Below are positions 28,663-37,012 of a stretch of DNA of 49,832 nucleotides, one piece after another; position 1 is the first letter of the stretch, and every line of letters starts with the position of its first letter. Origin of the DNA: Citrobacter phage IME-JL8; sequence record MT023084.1. One strand, given 5' to 3'. The notes beneath the pieces were generated by a model. The model did no database searches. It was not told the DNA's origin and saw only the letters and a program-made list of their open reading frames with translations. The position numbers and the translations under genes are program-made.

Positions 28663-29178
28663 TTAGAGCATATCAAGAACGCTGTTTACCGCGTCCTTCA
28701 TCGCGTCTTCTGTGGTGGCAACAGCCGCCGCGCTCGACGTGTTGTCGATGTTAATCGACGCTGGCTTGTCGATGCCTAAGTCCTTGCCGATAAACGAAGC
28801 GTTAATGATTCCGTTTGCCGCAAGCTGGAATTTCTGTTCGTTGATAACGGAATCGACGAATTCCATAACTTCGGCATAGTCCGGTTCGGATCTGTACCGC
28901 GCGATCGTTCCGTCGCTCAGGTTGCAGAAAAGCTTAAACCCGGTAACGGTAAATACTCGCGGCTTATGCACTAACGACTCTTCTACATCGCCCTGAAAAC
29001 TGGCAGTCTCAGCCGCTTTGATTGCGTTGTCTTCCGCCCATTCGAAATACTTAACCGCCAGATCGAACAACTGTTTCGGCGTAGTCTGTCGTGTCTTGCC
29101 TAACACTGTTCCGAACTCTTTCCGGTATAGCTCTTTGAAGTTACCACCCTGAACGACGGGCGCTTTTTCCTGTTTCAT
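28663..29178 (-). CDS. terminase small subunit-like DNA-packaging protein
   Basis: upstream of terL; YFEWAEDNAIKA... pattern; SD GAGGA before ATG 29178. Confidence 0.65.
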   Translation of the reverse strand: MKQEKAPVVQGGNFKELYRKEFGTVLGKTRQTTPKQLFDLAVKYFEWAEDNAIKAAETASFQGDVEESLVHKPRVFTVTGFKLFCNLSDGTIARYRSEPDYAEVMEFVDSVINEQKFQLAANGIINASFIGKDLGIDKPASINIDNTSSAAAVATTEDAMKDAVNSVLDML

Positions 29179-29196
29179 AGATTCGTCCTCACTGTT

Positions 29197-29211
29197 TAAC
29201 ATTTCGTGCTA
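29197..29211 (-). promoter_or_regulatory. operator-family palindrome in the terminase leader
   Basis: minus TAGCACGAAATGTTA, just downstream of TAATAT -10. Confidence 0.6.
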
Positions 29212-29227
29212 TTTTAGCATATTACAG

Positions 29228-29254
29228 GCACAAAAAAACCCGCCGAAGCGGGTT
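29228..29254 (-). terminator. terminator followed immediately by TAATAT -10
   Basis: minus AACCCGCTTCGGCGGGTTTTTTTGTGCCTGTAATAT. Confidence 0.75.
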
Positions 29255-29272
29255 AGTTTTCAACCTGATTTT

Positions 29273-29503
29273 CTATTTGATGACTTTAAAGTTAATCGGC
29301 TTGTGGTGGCTGTAAGCTTTTGCGTATACCGCCGACAGGTCGCCGAAACAGTCCCATTCGTCACGCTTGCGATCGTAGGTCAACCATACGCCCGTTTTAT
29401 GTTCCGCGTCGTGGTGAAGCGCGAAGGCTACAACAACGAACGCACAAAATGCACCAAAACCGAAAATCGCGATTGCCGCCAGAATGTAAAGAACGATAGC
29501 CAT
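29273..29503 (-). CDS. small membrane protein
   Basis: N-terminal hydrophobic segment. Confidence 0.5.
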   Translation of the reverse strand: MAIVLYILAAIAIFGFGAFCAFVVVAFALHHDAEHKTGVWLTYDRKRDEWDCFGDLSAVYAKAYSHHKPINFKVIK

Positions 29504-29505
29504 TG

Positions 29506-29691
29506 TTAAATCTCCTTAACTAATAAAATGTTGAATTTGTGAGTTGCTGGATTCGCGCCTGATTGGTCTTTCGCAATTGCGACAGCCTCTTCAGTGGAAC
29601 CCGCTTCGATTTCTGCTTCGTAATGTTGACGACAGGTTTTGCACTGTCGCCCCATCTGCTTAATTAGTAGCTTTACTGTGAATCGCTTCAT
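29506..29691 (-). CDS. hypothetical protein
   Basis: ORF with CKTCRQHYEAE. Confidence 0.45.
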   Translation of the reverse strand: MKRFTVKLLIKQMGRQCKTCRQHYEAEIEAGSTEEAVAIAKDQSGANPATHKFNILLVKEI

Positions 29692-29821
29692 CTTCTTGCG
29701 CCTTCAGCATAACGCCACCGATTCGACCGATAACCGCTTCGCCCGGTTTTAATGATTTTTTGTAGCGGGTTACTTCGCCGTTACGGGTGACTTTGATTTC
29801 GATTTTGATATCTTGTTTCAT
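29660..29821 (-). CDS. hypothetical 53 aa protein
   Basis: MKQDIKIEIKVTRNGEVTRYKKSLKPGEAVIGRIGGVMLKAQEDEAIHSKATN; below track cutoff. Confidence 0.45.
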   Translation of the reverse strand: MKQDIKIEIKVTRNGEVTRYKKSLKPGEAVIGRIGGVMLKAQEDEAIHSKATN

Positions 29822-29984
29822 TTAGGTAGGTTCCTTTTAGAATTAATGCCGTGTACGGGTCTACGGCGTTGGTTCCACAATCCAACCGAACTTACTACGA
29901 AAGTGCATCTATCGCGATGCGCGTTGCGCTCTATGCGCCTCTTTTGTCTACGGAAATAATGTTATCACCACTCAGGGACGAAGG

Positions 29985-30188
29985 TCAATCGTTAATTTCA
30001 AAATGTCCTTTCGTCATATCCTGCGGGAAGTCGATTTCGTGCAAGTTTCCATCGTCGCCGTACACATAGACCAGACGTTTAGCTTTGCTTACCTTCTCCA
30101 CGTCGTACAAACAGCCATGCGAAAAGGCGTCGCCATTGCGTGACGTGATACAACGTACTTGATCGTTTTTCTTCGGGAAGTGTGACAT
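29985..30188 (-). CDS. small SH3-like-patterned protein
   Basis: DQVRCI...YDVEKVSKAKRLVYVYGDDGNLHEI. Confidence 0.5.
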   Translation of the reverse strand: MSHFPKKNDQVRCITSRNGDAFSHGCLYDVEKVSKAKRLVYVYGDDGNLHEIDFPQDMTKGHFEIND

Positions 30189-30199
30189 TGTTAGATCTC

Positions 30200-30475
30200 C
30201 TATTCGTAGTCAAATTTGTTTCCAAAACGCCCGTTAAAATACCCGGCTAACCATATGAATTGTTGTCGCGTTACAAGGGTGTGAACCCCGTCCTTCTTGT
30301 GGTGCTCGTCGATTATGCGCTTTGCGACGTGATCGTATTTCGCGCCGCCTTCGATAGCCGCTTTCAACTCGGAAGACATTTCCCGGCAACGACGCTTAAC
30401 AATATTCAAGTGCGCTTCAGTTAGTCCGAACATTCTACTTACTCCGTTTGTTTTGATGTGGTCACTATATCGCAA
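30200..30475 (-). CDS. hypothetical protein
   Basis: ORF; the real start may be a downstream Met (30433 region). Confidence 0.45.
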   Translation of the reverse strand: MRYSDHIKTNGVSRMFGLTEAHLNIVKRRCREMSSELKAAIEGGAKYDHVAKRIIDEHHKKDGVHTLVTRQQFIWLAGYFNGRFGNKFDYE

Positions 30476-30506
30476 CCACGCGTTAATGGTTTAGCAATTC
30501 GTGCTA
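30458..30506 (-). promoter_or_regulatory. operator-promoter-hairpin module (TAGCACGAATTGCTA, 22 nt, TATAGT, GTGGT/ACCAC)
   Basis: palindrome 30492..30506; -10 at 30469..30464. Confidence 0.75.
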
Positions 30507-30878
30507 AAAGCGACCGGAACGACCGTTAACCGATACAACCTTTCCGCGCTTGCCGACGATCTCGTTATAAAGTGCGCCGCCAGCATTAACCGAATACTTC
30601 AGCGCCTCGGCTGGCGTGATATCGCGGAACATTTCAGCTTGACCGAATGACTTTTCCGCCGTTTCATTCTTGCGTCGCCACGCTTCGATCAGGTTCGGTA
30701 AAACACGTTCCGAACGCCACACGGCTAAAGCGGCCTGTTCGATTGAATGCGGTAGCAATTGACGCTCTACGATCTTGAACACTTCGCGGGCGATAGGCGT
30801 ATCAAGTACGCCAGTTACCGAAAAACAGAAGTCGCAGAATTCGCGGGCTTGCTTCTCTGAAAGATTAATCTGAATCAT
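30504..30878 (-). CDS. hypothetical protein
   Basis: ORF, ends inside operator. Confidence 0.55.
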   Translation of the reverse strand: MIQINLSEKQAREFCDFCFSVTGVLDTPIAREVFKIVERQLLPHSIEQAALAVWRSERVLPNLIEAWRRKNETAEKSFGQAEMFRDITPAEALKYSVNAGGALYNEIVGKRGKVVSVNGRSGRF

Positions 30879-31066
30879 TCCGGTTTCTCCTTGGTAAAGA
30901 ATCGACGCACATCGTTGCGATCATAATATGCGCCTTCGCTGTAATCTGATTCGCGTACTTCGATAAACTGATCGCAACCGTCATACATGAAATCGCCGTC
31001 GTCGGTGAAAATCAATTCGTATTCGTTGCCGTGTTTGTCAAAGTAAACTTTTCCGGTGCAAATCAT
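30875..31066 (-). CDS. hypothetical protein MICTGKVYFDKHGNEYELIF...
   Basis: internal start downstream of module. Confidence 0.5.
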   Translation of the reverse strand: MICTGKVYFDKHGNEYELIFTDDGDFMYDGCDQFIEVRESDYSEGAYYDRNDVRRFFTKEKPE

Positions 31067-31091
31067 TTTCGTTTCCTCGCTTTGTTTCAAT

Positions 31092-31140
31092 AAGGACATT
31101 CTAACAAATGCCCTTGCGGAAAGTTTAGCAATTAGTGCTA
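31092..31140 (-). promoter_or_regulatory. operator-promoter-hairpin module (TAGCACTAATTGCTA, 22 nt, TAGAAT)
   Basis: palindrome 31126..31140. Confidence 0.75.
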
Positions 31141-31344
31141 TTCGACAATCTCCCAATCTTGCCCGGCAAGATGCACGCTATGTTTTAGCCGCGTGTAACA
31201 TGGTGCGCCCAATTCGCCTTTGAAGCTGTAACAACCTTTAAACGAACCTTCTTCGCATAACTCCGCGTCGTAAATCTTAGTTGCCTTAATCCACGGCGAA
31301 CCGTTATAAGTGGTGCGGATTCGGATCTTTTTCTTCTCTGTCAT
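31138..31344 (-). CDS. hypothetical protein, stop TAG inside operator
   Basis: ORF ends EIVE* with TAG at 31140..31138. Confidence 0.5.
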   Translation of the reverse strand: MTEKKKIRIRTTYNGSPWIKATKIYDAELCEEGSFKGCYSFKGELGAPCYTRLKHSVHLAGQDWEIVE

Positions 31345-31538
31345 AGTAATTTACTCCCCTTGCGGAATTCGTTTCGAAGCATATCGGCGGCGTCTAATCG
31401 ACCATTTCGCCAGCCCAGCAAGTGACCGCCTAAGAATGCAAGAAACATTGCGGAGGCAACAACAAAGCCGGAAGGCTGAAGCGCGATCGATAATGCGATG
31501 CAAGCCCAGCCGAAGATAAATAAAGCCTTCATTTTCAT
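31341..31538 (-). CDS. small membrane protein
   Basis: hydrophobic N-terminus. Confidence 0.5.
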   Translation of the reverse strand: MKMKALFIFGWACIALSIALQPSGFVVASAMFLAFLGGHLLGWRNGRLDAADMLRNEFRKGSKLL

Positions 31539-31565
31539 AGAGTAATTCCCTGATTGGTTGTTGAT

Positions 31566-31614
31566 GGGGTAACTATAACAGCTTACCCCGATCCGGTTTT
31601 AGCAATTCGCGCTA
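31566..31614 (-). promoter_or_regulatory. operator-promoter-hairpin module (TAGCGCGAATTGCTA, 22 nt, TATAGT, GGGGTA/TACCCC)
   Basis: palindrome 31600..31614. Confidence 0.75.
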
Positions 31615-32190
31615 TTTCAAATAGCGGCCTGTGATGACGCTTGCTGTGTAATCCGGGTCGCCGTCTCGCAACGTGAAGTCTTCTTCGGTGTACCCGTTAA
31701 CGCCATGCCAGCCGACAGGTAAATGAAGATAACTTCTGGAATCACCTTCGAACGTGAATCCGTCCCTGTGAAGTCGGCAAACATGAACCTGAATACCAGC
31801 TTCGATTAGTGCGATTGTCTCTTCAGTGAATCCGCCGTCAGTAATAACGGCTGGCGTATCTCTTGCCTTAATCGCCTCCACCATGCGCCGCCCGAAGTAA
31901 TCATTTCCGAACTCAGGTTTAATGATTGCTTCGCTAATCCAGATCATGAACTCGCGCGGGCTTTTACCATTCAGGATAGAATCTGGCTTCTCTTTATGAA
32001 GTCGATCGTTATACAAGAATAAGAAATAATCGTAATTCGCGTCGCCCAAAATGGCGCGGGCAATTTCAAACATCGGCGCTTTGAAGCTCAGCATGCGGAC
32101 TCCTTTCCACTGGTTCATATCAGCGATAACACAACCGATCGTATCTTTGCCAATTCCCGGACAGCCGTTAAGAATAATAACCTTGTTCAT
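31612..32190 (-). CDS. deoxynucleoside monophosphate kinase-like P-loop protein
   Basis: NGCPGIGKDTIG Walker A; SPREFMIWISE; GNDYFGRR. Confidence 0.75.
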   Translation of the reverse strand: MNKVIILNGCPGIGKDTIGCVIADMNQWKGVRMLSFKAPMFEIARAILGDANYDYFLFLYNDRLHKEKPDSILNGKSPREFMIWISEAIIKPEFGNDYFGRRMVEAIKARDTPAVITDGGFTEETIALIEAGIQVHVCRLHRDGFTFEGDSRSYLHLPVGWHGVNGYTEEDFTLRDGDPDYTASVITGRYLK

Positions 32191-32298
32191 TATTTAACCC
32201 CTTTAATTACTTTCGCCACATCTACGATAACGCTATACATAATGTAAGCAAGAAAAAACGTTAATACCGGGTGTGCGCTTGCGAATGCGTAAATTCTG

Positions 32299-32832
32299 TC
32301 ATAACTTATCTACTCCGTGTGATTTCAGGTGTGAATGTACGTTGTCGCCGTAGTCGGTTACGGCATAGGTTGTTATTCCAATATTCCTAAAGTGTGGAAT
32401 AACTGAAGGGCTATCATCCCACGCCGCTAAAATGCGATGCAACCCGATTTCGCGCAAAATCTCTTCTTTGATTACCGTATCCTTCCTGTTGTCGTCGTGG
32501 CGGCGCATGATCAGGAAATCATATTTCGCGTTGTGGTTCGCCAGCCATTCGCGCGACTCCTTTTCGACTTCATCGCTTCGCCCGGTTAGGATGATTACAC
32601 AATGCCCGGCTGCATACATCGCATTCATTACCGCGATCGTGTTGGTAATCGGCGTGTCGAAGATTGCCGCCCGGTTAAACTCGCTCCAACTTTCAGTTAA
32701 GTGAAGATCGGTTTTCGGTAGCAGGTGCAAGCGGTGCGTTCCGTCTGACAAAGTACCGTCGTAATCAAAGATACAAATCATCCCGGACGGCGCGTTAGTG
32801 CGAAATTCTCTTCCGTATGCGTTAATCTTCAT
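32299..32832 (-). CDS. HAD-superfamily phosphatase (polynucleotide 3'-phosphatase-like)
   Basis: FDYDGTLSDGTHR, VIILTGRS, RKDTVIKEEIL, AWDDSPSVIPHFRNIGI. Confidence 0.75.
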   Translation of the reverse strand: MKINAYGREFRTNAPSGMICIFDYDGTLSDGTHRLHLLPKTDLHLTESWSEFNRAAIFDTPITNTIAVMNAMYAAGHCVIILTGRSDEVEKESREWLANHNAKYDFLIMRRHDDNRKDTVIKEEILREIGLHRILAAWDDSPSVIPHFRNIGITTYAVTDYGDNVHSHLKSHGVDKL

Positions 32833-32954
32833 TATCGTAACCCTTCCCATTTTTCAGCCTGATTTTTGCCGCGTTTCTGCGTCTTCTTAACTCGCTTGTA
32901 ACCTTCGTCGAACTTCTTCGGCTTGCCGACAATCTTTTCGAAGTTTTGGCGCAT
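32832..32954 (-). CDS. 40 aa basic protein
   Basis: MRQNFEKIVGKPKKFDEGYKRVKKTQKRGKNQAEKWEGLR. Confidence 0.4.
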   Translation of the reverse strand: MRQNFEKIVGKPKKFDEGYKRVKKTQKRGKNQAEKWEGLR

Positions 32955-32985
32955 CGGTATTACTCCTTTGTTGTTTGCTTTCAAT

Positions 32986-33035
32986 GAGGACACTATAGCA
33001 ATGCCCTCGCGGAAAGTCTTTAGCAAATCCTGCTA
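32986..33035 (-). promoter_or_regulatory. operator-promoter-hairpin module (TAGCAGGATTTGCTA, 23 nt, TATAGT)
   Basis: palindrome 33021..33035; GAGGGCA/TGTCCTC. Confidence 0.7.
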
Positions 33036-33036
33036 T

Positions 33037-33483
33037 TTACCAGTAGCTAATTTCTTCAATAACGTAGCTGTCGAAGCTGGCTTGCGAAAAGTCGCTTTCG
33101 TAGTCGATGCGGAACGTTTCGATTAATTCGCTGATCGGGTAGCCAGATTTGAAGAAGTAGCCGTCCGCCATAGCCCGCGACCATTTCTTCGCGTCACGCT
33201 TGCACATCCCGTAAGTGTTCACGGCCTCTTTGAAGAATGCGCGGTTCATCTTGCGGCGAATTGCGGTAACGTCCAGATAAGTAGCTGTACCGCCGTACAC
33301 TTGATAATGATACCTGGACAGGCGCTTCATAATCAGATCCAGATCGCCAGGCTTGCAAATAATCTCATCGGTGTGAAGGTAGGTTCGATACGGCTTGATT
33401 TCGGTTTCGTGACCATAAAGCCCGGTTTCCGCCATTTTGAAGCAGTCCGCTTCACCCTGAATGCACACGATCAGTTTGTTCAT
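33037..33483 (-). CDS. hypothetical protein
   Basis: MNKLIVCIQGEADCFKMAETGLYGHETE... Confidence 0.55.
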   Translation of the reverse strand: MNKLIVCIQGEADCFKMAETGLYGHETEIKPYRTYLHTDEIICKPGDLDLIMKRLSRYHYQVYGGTATYLDVTAIRRKMNRAFFKEAVNTYGMCKRDAKKWSRAMADGYFFKSGYPISELIETFRIDYESDFSQASFDSYVIEEISYW

Positions 33484-33508
33484 TGTTGAATCTCCGTTTG
33501 TTGGTGTA

Positions 33509-33557
33509 GGGGGAATCATAGCGCATTCCCCGTGATAGGTTTTAGCTTTTAGTGCTA
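33509..33557 (-). promoter_or_regulatory. operator-promoter-hairpin module (TAGCACTAAAAGCTA, 22 nt, TATGAT, GGGGAAT/ATTCCCC)
   Basis: palindrome 33543..33557. Confidence 0.75.
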
Positions 33558-33760
33558 TTCACTTCGATAGTCACGCAAAAATTACCAAAACGATGCCCAC
33601 TTAAACGCGCTGTAATCACTTCTGGACGACGCAAAATCGCGTCAAGCAATCGCAAGGGTGAATACTTAAAACCGTGATAGTGGGCGCTACGCTTCGAATT
33701 TGGGTGCATACCTGCTACCGCGTCCGCCGCTAAATCGTCGTAGTTCACATCGCCAGCCAT
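33542..33760 (-). CDS. hypothetical protein
   Basis: ORF ends inside operator. Confidence 0.45.
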   Translation of the reverse strand: MAGDVNYDDLAADAVAGMHPNSKRSAHYHGFKYSPLRLLDAILRRPEVITARLSGHRFGNFCVTIEVNSTKS

Positions 33761-33919
33761 AAAGCCCCCTTCAAAACGTTAAGTACAATCAGCAATCCCA
33801 AAATTCCGGAAAGGAACCATAAAGGCGTATAGTCGGGCGGTTCATTCCAGTGTCCGGCGTCAATCATCGTAAAACCTCAAGTCATGTGGAACCAATCAGC
33901 GACAGATTCCCCGTTGAAA

Positions 33920-34234
33920 TTACGCCACGTAAGCTACAGTAGTGACCAGCAGGATCACGGCGGTGAAGATTGCCGGGACAATGTTTTCTTTGCGACGATA
34001 CCACGGCTTTTTCGCTTCGTTGATTTCGCTTTGAGGCTTCAGCACTTGGAAGACAGCGCCACGATCGGCGGCAAAGGTTACGCGGTAGAACGTTCCGCCG
34101 TGAATCGGCATACATAGACGCGCCCGACATTTGTCGTCGGATGCGATGAAGTCTTTTTCCCCGACGCGCACAACGTCGTAAAATCCGCCGATGGTAAATT
34201 TATTCGTGTTATTCGAAACGCATTTAGTTTTCAT
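33920..34234 (-). CDS. small SH3-like-patterned protein with C-terminal TM segment
   Basis: FTIGGFYDVVRVGEKDFIASDDKCRARLCMP..., C-terminal ENIVPAIFTAVILLVTTVAYVA. Confidence 0.55.
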   Translation of the reverse strand: MKTKCVSNNTNKFTIGGFYDVVRVGEKDFIASDDKCRARLCMPIHGGTFYRVTFAADRGAVFQVLKPQSEINEAKKPWYRRKENIVPAIFTAVILLVTTVAYVA

Positions 34235-34259
34235 TGATGTATCTCCTTTCGTTTGGTGT

Positions 34260-34308
34260 AGGGCTATTATGGCATAGCCCAGATTTAGTGTTTTAGCAAA
34301 AAGTGCTA
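34260..34308 (-). promoter_or_regulatory. operator-promoter-hairpin module (TAGCACTTTTTGCTA, 22 nt, CATAAT, GGGCTAT/ATAGCCC)
   Basis: palindrome 34294..34308. Confidence 0.75.
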
Positions 34309-34608
34309 TACGTAAACCTTGTTGCACAACGTGCCGGGCAGGATGTTAAACGACAGCATAACGAAGTTGTTTCCGTTGTGCGTATCTGCGTTCGCCCGGT
34401 TGATGTACTTCGTGACGTCTGTCACGTCGGCAATCAGTACGCTAACTTCGCGCCCAGTGTAATCGCCGCAATGCCATTCCCGCAAGCGCAACACGTCGCC
34501 CTCCTGAAAGTCGCGATCGTTCAATCTGAATTCGGCCTTCTTGCCGCCCATCTGGACGCCGAAAAAGTGAACAGGTTCGATCTTTAAATCGTGTTGCTTG
34601 CGTTTCAT
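34306..34608 (-). CDS. DUF3850-like (ASCH-like) small protein
   Basis: HDLKIEPVHFFGVQMGGKKAEFRLNDRDFQEGDVLRLREW. Confidence 0.7.
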   Translation of the reverse strand: MKRKQHDLKIEPVHFFGVQMGGKKAEFRLNDRDFQEGDVLRLREWHCGDYTGREVSVLIADVTDVTKYINRANADTHNGNNFVMLSFNILPGTLCNKVYV

Positions 34609-34817
34609 CGCCTACCAACCTCCCGGTAATCCATAGTCAAATCCAATTCCTTACAGCCGCAAGTGTGCATTTCGGTAGTGTTGCCGTCGTGGTATTTGTT
34701 CATGCTGTACATTGCCTTCGCGATAATCTCGATCCTGTCGCTTGGGTGAATGTGCGACAACAGTCCTTCGAGCGTTACCGCATTGCTGTCGATCTCAAAC
34801 TGGCGTAGTCGTTTCAT
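34605..34817 (-). CDS. hypothetical protein
   Basis: ORF in the compact accessory operon. Confidence 0.45.
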   Translation of the reverse strand: MKRLRQFEIDSNAVTLEGLLSHIHPSDRIEIIAKAMYSMNKYHDGNTTEMHTCGCKELDLTMDYREVGRR

Positions 34818-35107
34818 TTGAACAGTTTCCCGGATTTAAGTTTATTCCAGAACGAGAACGGATTAGCCTTCCGATACTCACCCTCTAAGAACGGATAGTC
34901 CGACATTTCGCCACCTTCAAAAAGCGGATCGGCTAAGTGGCGGTGTTCGGGCTTCGCGAATCGGGCTAACTCCTTCGCGCTTACCAGAACTAGCGAACCG
35001 ATCGTCTTATTGACTTTTAATTCGGTTTCGGTCGTCATGCCTTCGGTGATAATGTACTGATTGAGATTGCTCTTGCTGAAGTATTGTTCGGTTAAGGTGA
35101 TTTTCAT
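34814..35107 (-). CDS. hypothetical protein
   Basis: ORF in the compact accessory operon. Confidence 0.5.
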   Translation of the reverse strand: MKITLTEQYFSKSNLNQYIITEGMTTETELKVNKTIGSLVLVSAKELARFAKPEHRHLADPLFEGGEMSDYPFLEGEYRKANPFSFWNKLKSGKLFK

Positions 35108-35117
35108 TTCTCGATCC

Positions 35118-35195
35118 TTATTTGCAAAATGGACAGGTTGACTTTGTTCCGCTACCGCCGTGATTCGGACAGCATACCTTTTCGATTGGCGTCAT
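35118..35195 (-). CDS. 25 aa Cys-rich micropeptide
   Basis: MTPIEKVCCPNHGGSGTKSTCPFCK after GGAGATAAC leader. Confidence 0.4.
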   Translation of the reverse strand: MTPIEKVCCPNHGGSGTKSTCPFCK

Positions 35196-35229
35196 TTCGT
35201 TATCTCCTGATTGGTTGCCTTGCTTCAAT

Positions 35230-35278
35230 AAGCCCACTATAACAAATGGGCTTGCGGAAGGTTTAGCAATTAGTGCTA
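35230..35278 (-). promoter_or_regulatory. operator-promoter-hairpin module (TAGCACTAATTGCTA, 22 nt, TATAGT, AAGCCCA/TGGGCTT)
   Basis: palindrome 35264..35278. Confidence 0.75.
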
Positions 35279-35791
35279 TTCAGACCACTTTATCGTAGTG
35301 CCGCGCTTCATGCTAACTTCCCCTGCGAACCCTTTGCTTTTGAAGCTGTGGTGCAACAGGAAAGTAACTGTTTCGCCGTCAACTTCGATTCGGACGGGCT
35401 TAACTAAAATATCAGTCCATTCGCCCGACTCCATGCGGACGCCTGTCAACTTCGCGCCTAGCGGCATTTGTTCGACTTTGCAGATCCCGCCAGATGTAGC
35501 GGCGGCGCTGGCATTATCGTATGCGTTGTGGATAATCATTCCGGCTGCGTACGTTGAACCAGTCAGCAAACAATGCCCCGAACGAATCGAATCTTTGTTG
35601 TAGTAAAAATAATCCTTCGTCGGGTTATTGCTCGGATTGCGTAGGTTGTGCTGCTCGACGAAATGCATAACGCTACCGTTATACTTACCCTCACCTTCCT
35701 TCACGCCACAATAGCGGCTAGTGAATGTGAAGCGGCCTACGCCGTTGCTGATAAATGTAATTGGATAGATGATATCTTGTTCTTTTAACAT
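35276..35791 (-). CDS. hypothetical protein, stop TAG inside operator
   Basis: 171 aa ORF. Confidence 0.55.
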   Translation of the reverse strand: MLKEQDIIYPITFISNGVGRFTFTSRYCGVKEGEGKYNGSVMHFVEQHNLRNPSNNPTKDYFYYNKDSIRSGHCLLTGSTYAAGMIIHNAYDNASAAATSGGICKVEQMPLGAKLTGVRMESGEWTDILVKPVRIEVDGETVTFLLHHSFKSKGFAGEVSMKRGTTIKWSE

Positions 35792-35843
35792 TGTTGTAAC
35801 TCCTTTGTGTGGGCTTCACCACCATAGCGAAGCCAGAATCAAT

Positions 35844-36011
35844 TTACATGAACCAGCCCAACAGGGAACCCATAGGCGCAATGAAAACACCGATTGCACG
35901 AATGATAAGATTGTTGGTTGTGATATCGCCGAACATTGCAACGATATTCATAATCCAGCCAGCAACAGCCGCGATCCATAAAGCAATAACCATAATTGAG
36001 AATAATTTCAT
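35844..36011 (-). CDS. small membrane protein
   Basis: MKLFSIMVIALWIAAVAGWIMNIVAMFG... Confidence 0.5.
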   Translation of the reverse strand: MKLFSIMVIALWIAAVAGWIMNIVAMFGDITTNNLIIRAIGVFIAPMGSLLGWFM

Positions 36012-36038
36012 TTGTGTAACTCCTGTTTCGTTGTTGAT

Positions 36039-36087
36039 GGGCTTACTATATCGCAAGCCCGAATGCGTGTTTTAACAAAAAGTGCTA
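36039..36087 (-). promoter_or_regulatory. operator-promoter-hairpin module (TAGCACTTTTTGTTA, 22 nt, TATAGT, GGGCTT/AAGCCC)
   Basis: palindrome 36073..36087. Confidence 0.75.
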
Positions 36088-36567
36088 TCGGATGATTTCT
36101 GCTTCAGCGCCGTAATACTTGTGACCCTCAAGACGGAATGAAGGCTTGAACCCGCTTACATACATCCCAATTGCCCGCGCATCGGCCTCCATGATCGAAA
36201 CGGTGTGCAACTGGTATTCGTGGCGATAACCGTTGACGATAACCGGGAATGTGCGATTGTGCTCCGGCCTGAAAAAGTAGTCGCCACTTTCAAGAATGCG
36301 CACCTTAATTTTTCCGAACTTCGCGATCTCTACTTCGTGGTGCATGAAGAACAGCGTTCCGGTTTCCGGGTTGTAGTCAATGCCGCCGCCGTCCTCTTCG
36401 GTAGGCTGTTGCCCGATTGCGCTGTCATACACGCCTAACGCTTCAAGATCCGACACTTTGACGTGATAGCCGCCGTTGCGTTCCGCTTCTACCGCTTCGA
36501 CCACAATCGGGAAACTCTCAGTCGTGAAGCCCTTGTATCCGCCATTGCAAAAGATTTCGATTTTCAT
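36085..36567 (-). CDS. hypothetical protein, stop TAG inside operator
   Basis: 160 aa ORF. Confidence 0.55.
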   Translation of the reverse strand: MKIEIFCNGGYKGFTTESFPIVVEAVEAERNGGYHVKVSDLEALGVYDSAIGQQPTEEDGGGIDYNPETGTLFFMHHEVEIAKFGKIKVRILESGDYFFRPEHNRTFPVIVNGYRHEYQLHTVSIMEADARAIGMYVSGFKPSFRLEGHKYYGAEAEIIR

Positions 36568-36592
36568 TGGTGTATCTCCGTTCGTTGTTGAT

Positions 36593-36641
36593 GTGGTTAT
36601 AGTGCCAGATCCGCTTGATCGGGTTTTAGCAATTCGTGCTA
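36593..36641 (-). promoter_or_regulatory. operator module (TAGCACGAATTGCTA, 22 nt, CACTAT or TATAAC at +3)
   Basis: palindrome 36627..36641; weak second inverted repeat. Confidence 0.6.
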
Positions 36642-36935
36642 TTTAATCCATTCGCCCGACACAATAAAATCGGTGTACGCTTCATCGTTTAAGGTGCGGT
36701 GCGTATTGGTGACATAATCGCGCTGTACGTGCTCACCATGCGCTTTCACGAAGTCTGCTTTACGTTCACCCATCCACGCCATGAGACGCGCGTTACGTGC
36801 CGCTACAGTGCCTTCGTAGGCTTGTTTAAATCCAAGCGCGGTAACGAATGCGACAAACCGTTTCTGATAGCCGGGCATCGCTTGCACGTTGATAGCGAAT
36901 GCGTGTTGAAATTCGGTGCGGGTAAAGTTGTTCAT
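36639..36935 (-). CDS. hypothetical protein, stop TAG inside operator
   Basis: MNNFTRTEFQHAFAINVQAMPGYQ... Confidence 0.5.
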   Translation of the reverse strand: MNNFTRTEFQHAFAINVQAMPGYQKRFVAFVTALGFKQAYEGTVAARNARLMAWMGERKADFVKAHGEHVQRDYVTNTHRTLNDEAYTDFIVSGEWIK

Positions 36936-36963
36936 CCTGATAGGTTCCGTCGTCGTTGTCGAT

Positions 36964-37012
36964 GTGTGCATTATGCCCGACTCCGCGCCGGGCGTTTTAG
37001 CAATTCGTGCTA
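36964..37012 (-). promoter_or_regulatory. operator-promoter-hairpin module (TAGCACGAATTGCTA, 22 nt, CATAAT, GCCCG/CGGGC)
   Basis: palindrome 36998..37012. Confidence 0.75.

Noticed and set aside
34605-34817. Toxin-antitoxin pair among small accessory ORFs
   Set aside because: No recognizable toxin or antitoxin motif, and compact small genes are normal in phage accessory operons.
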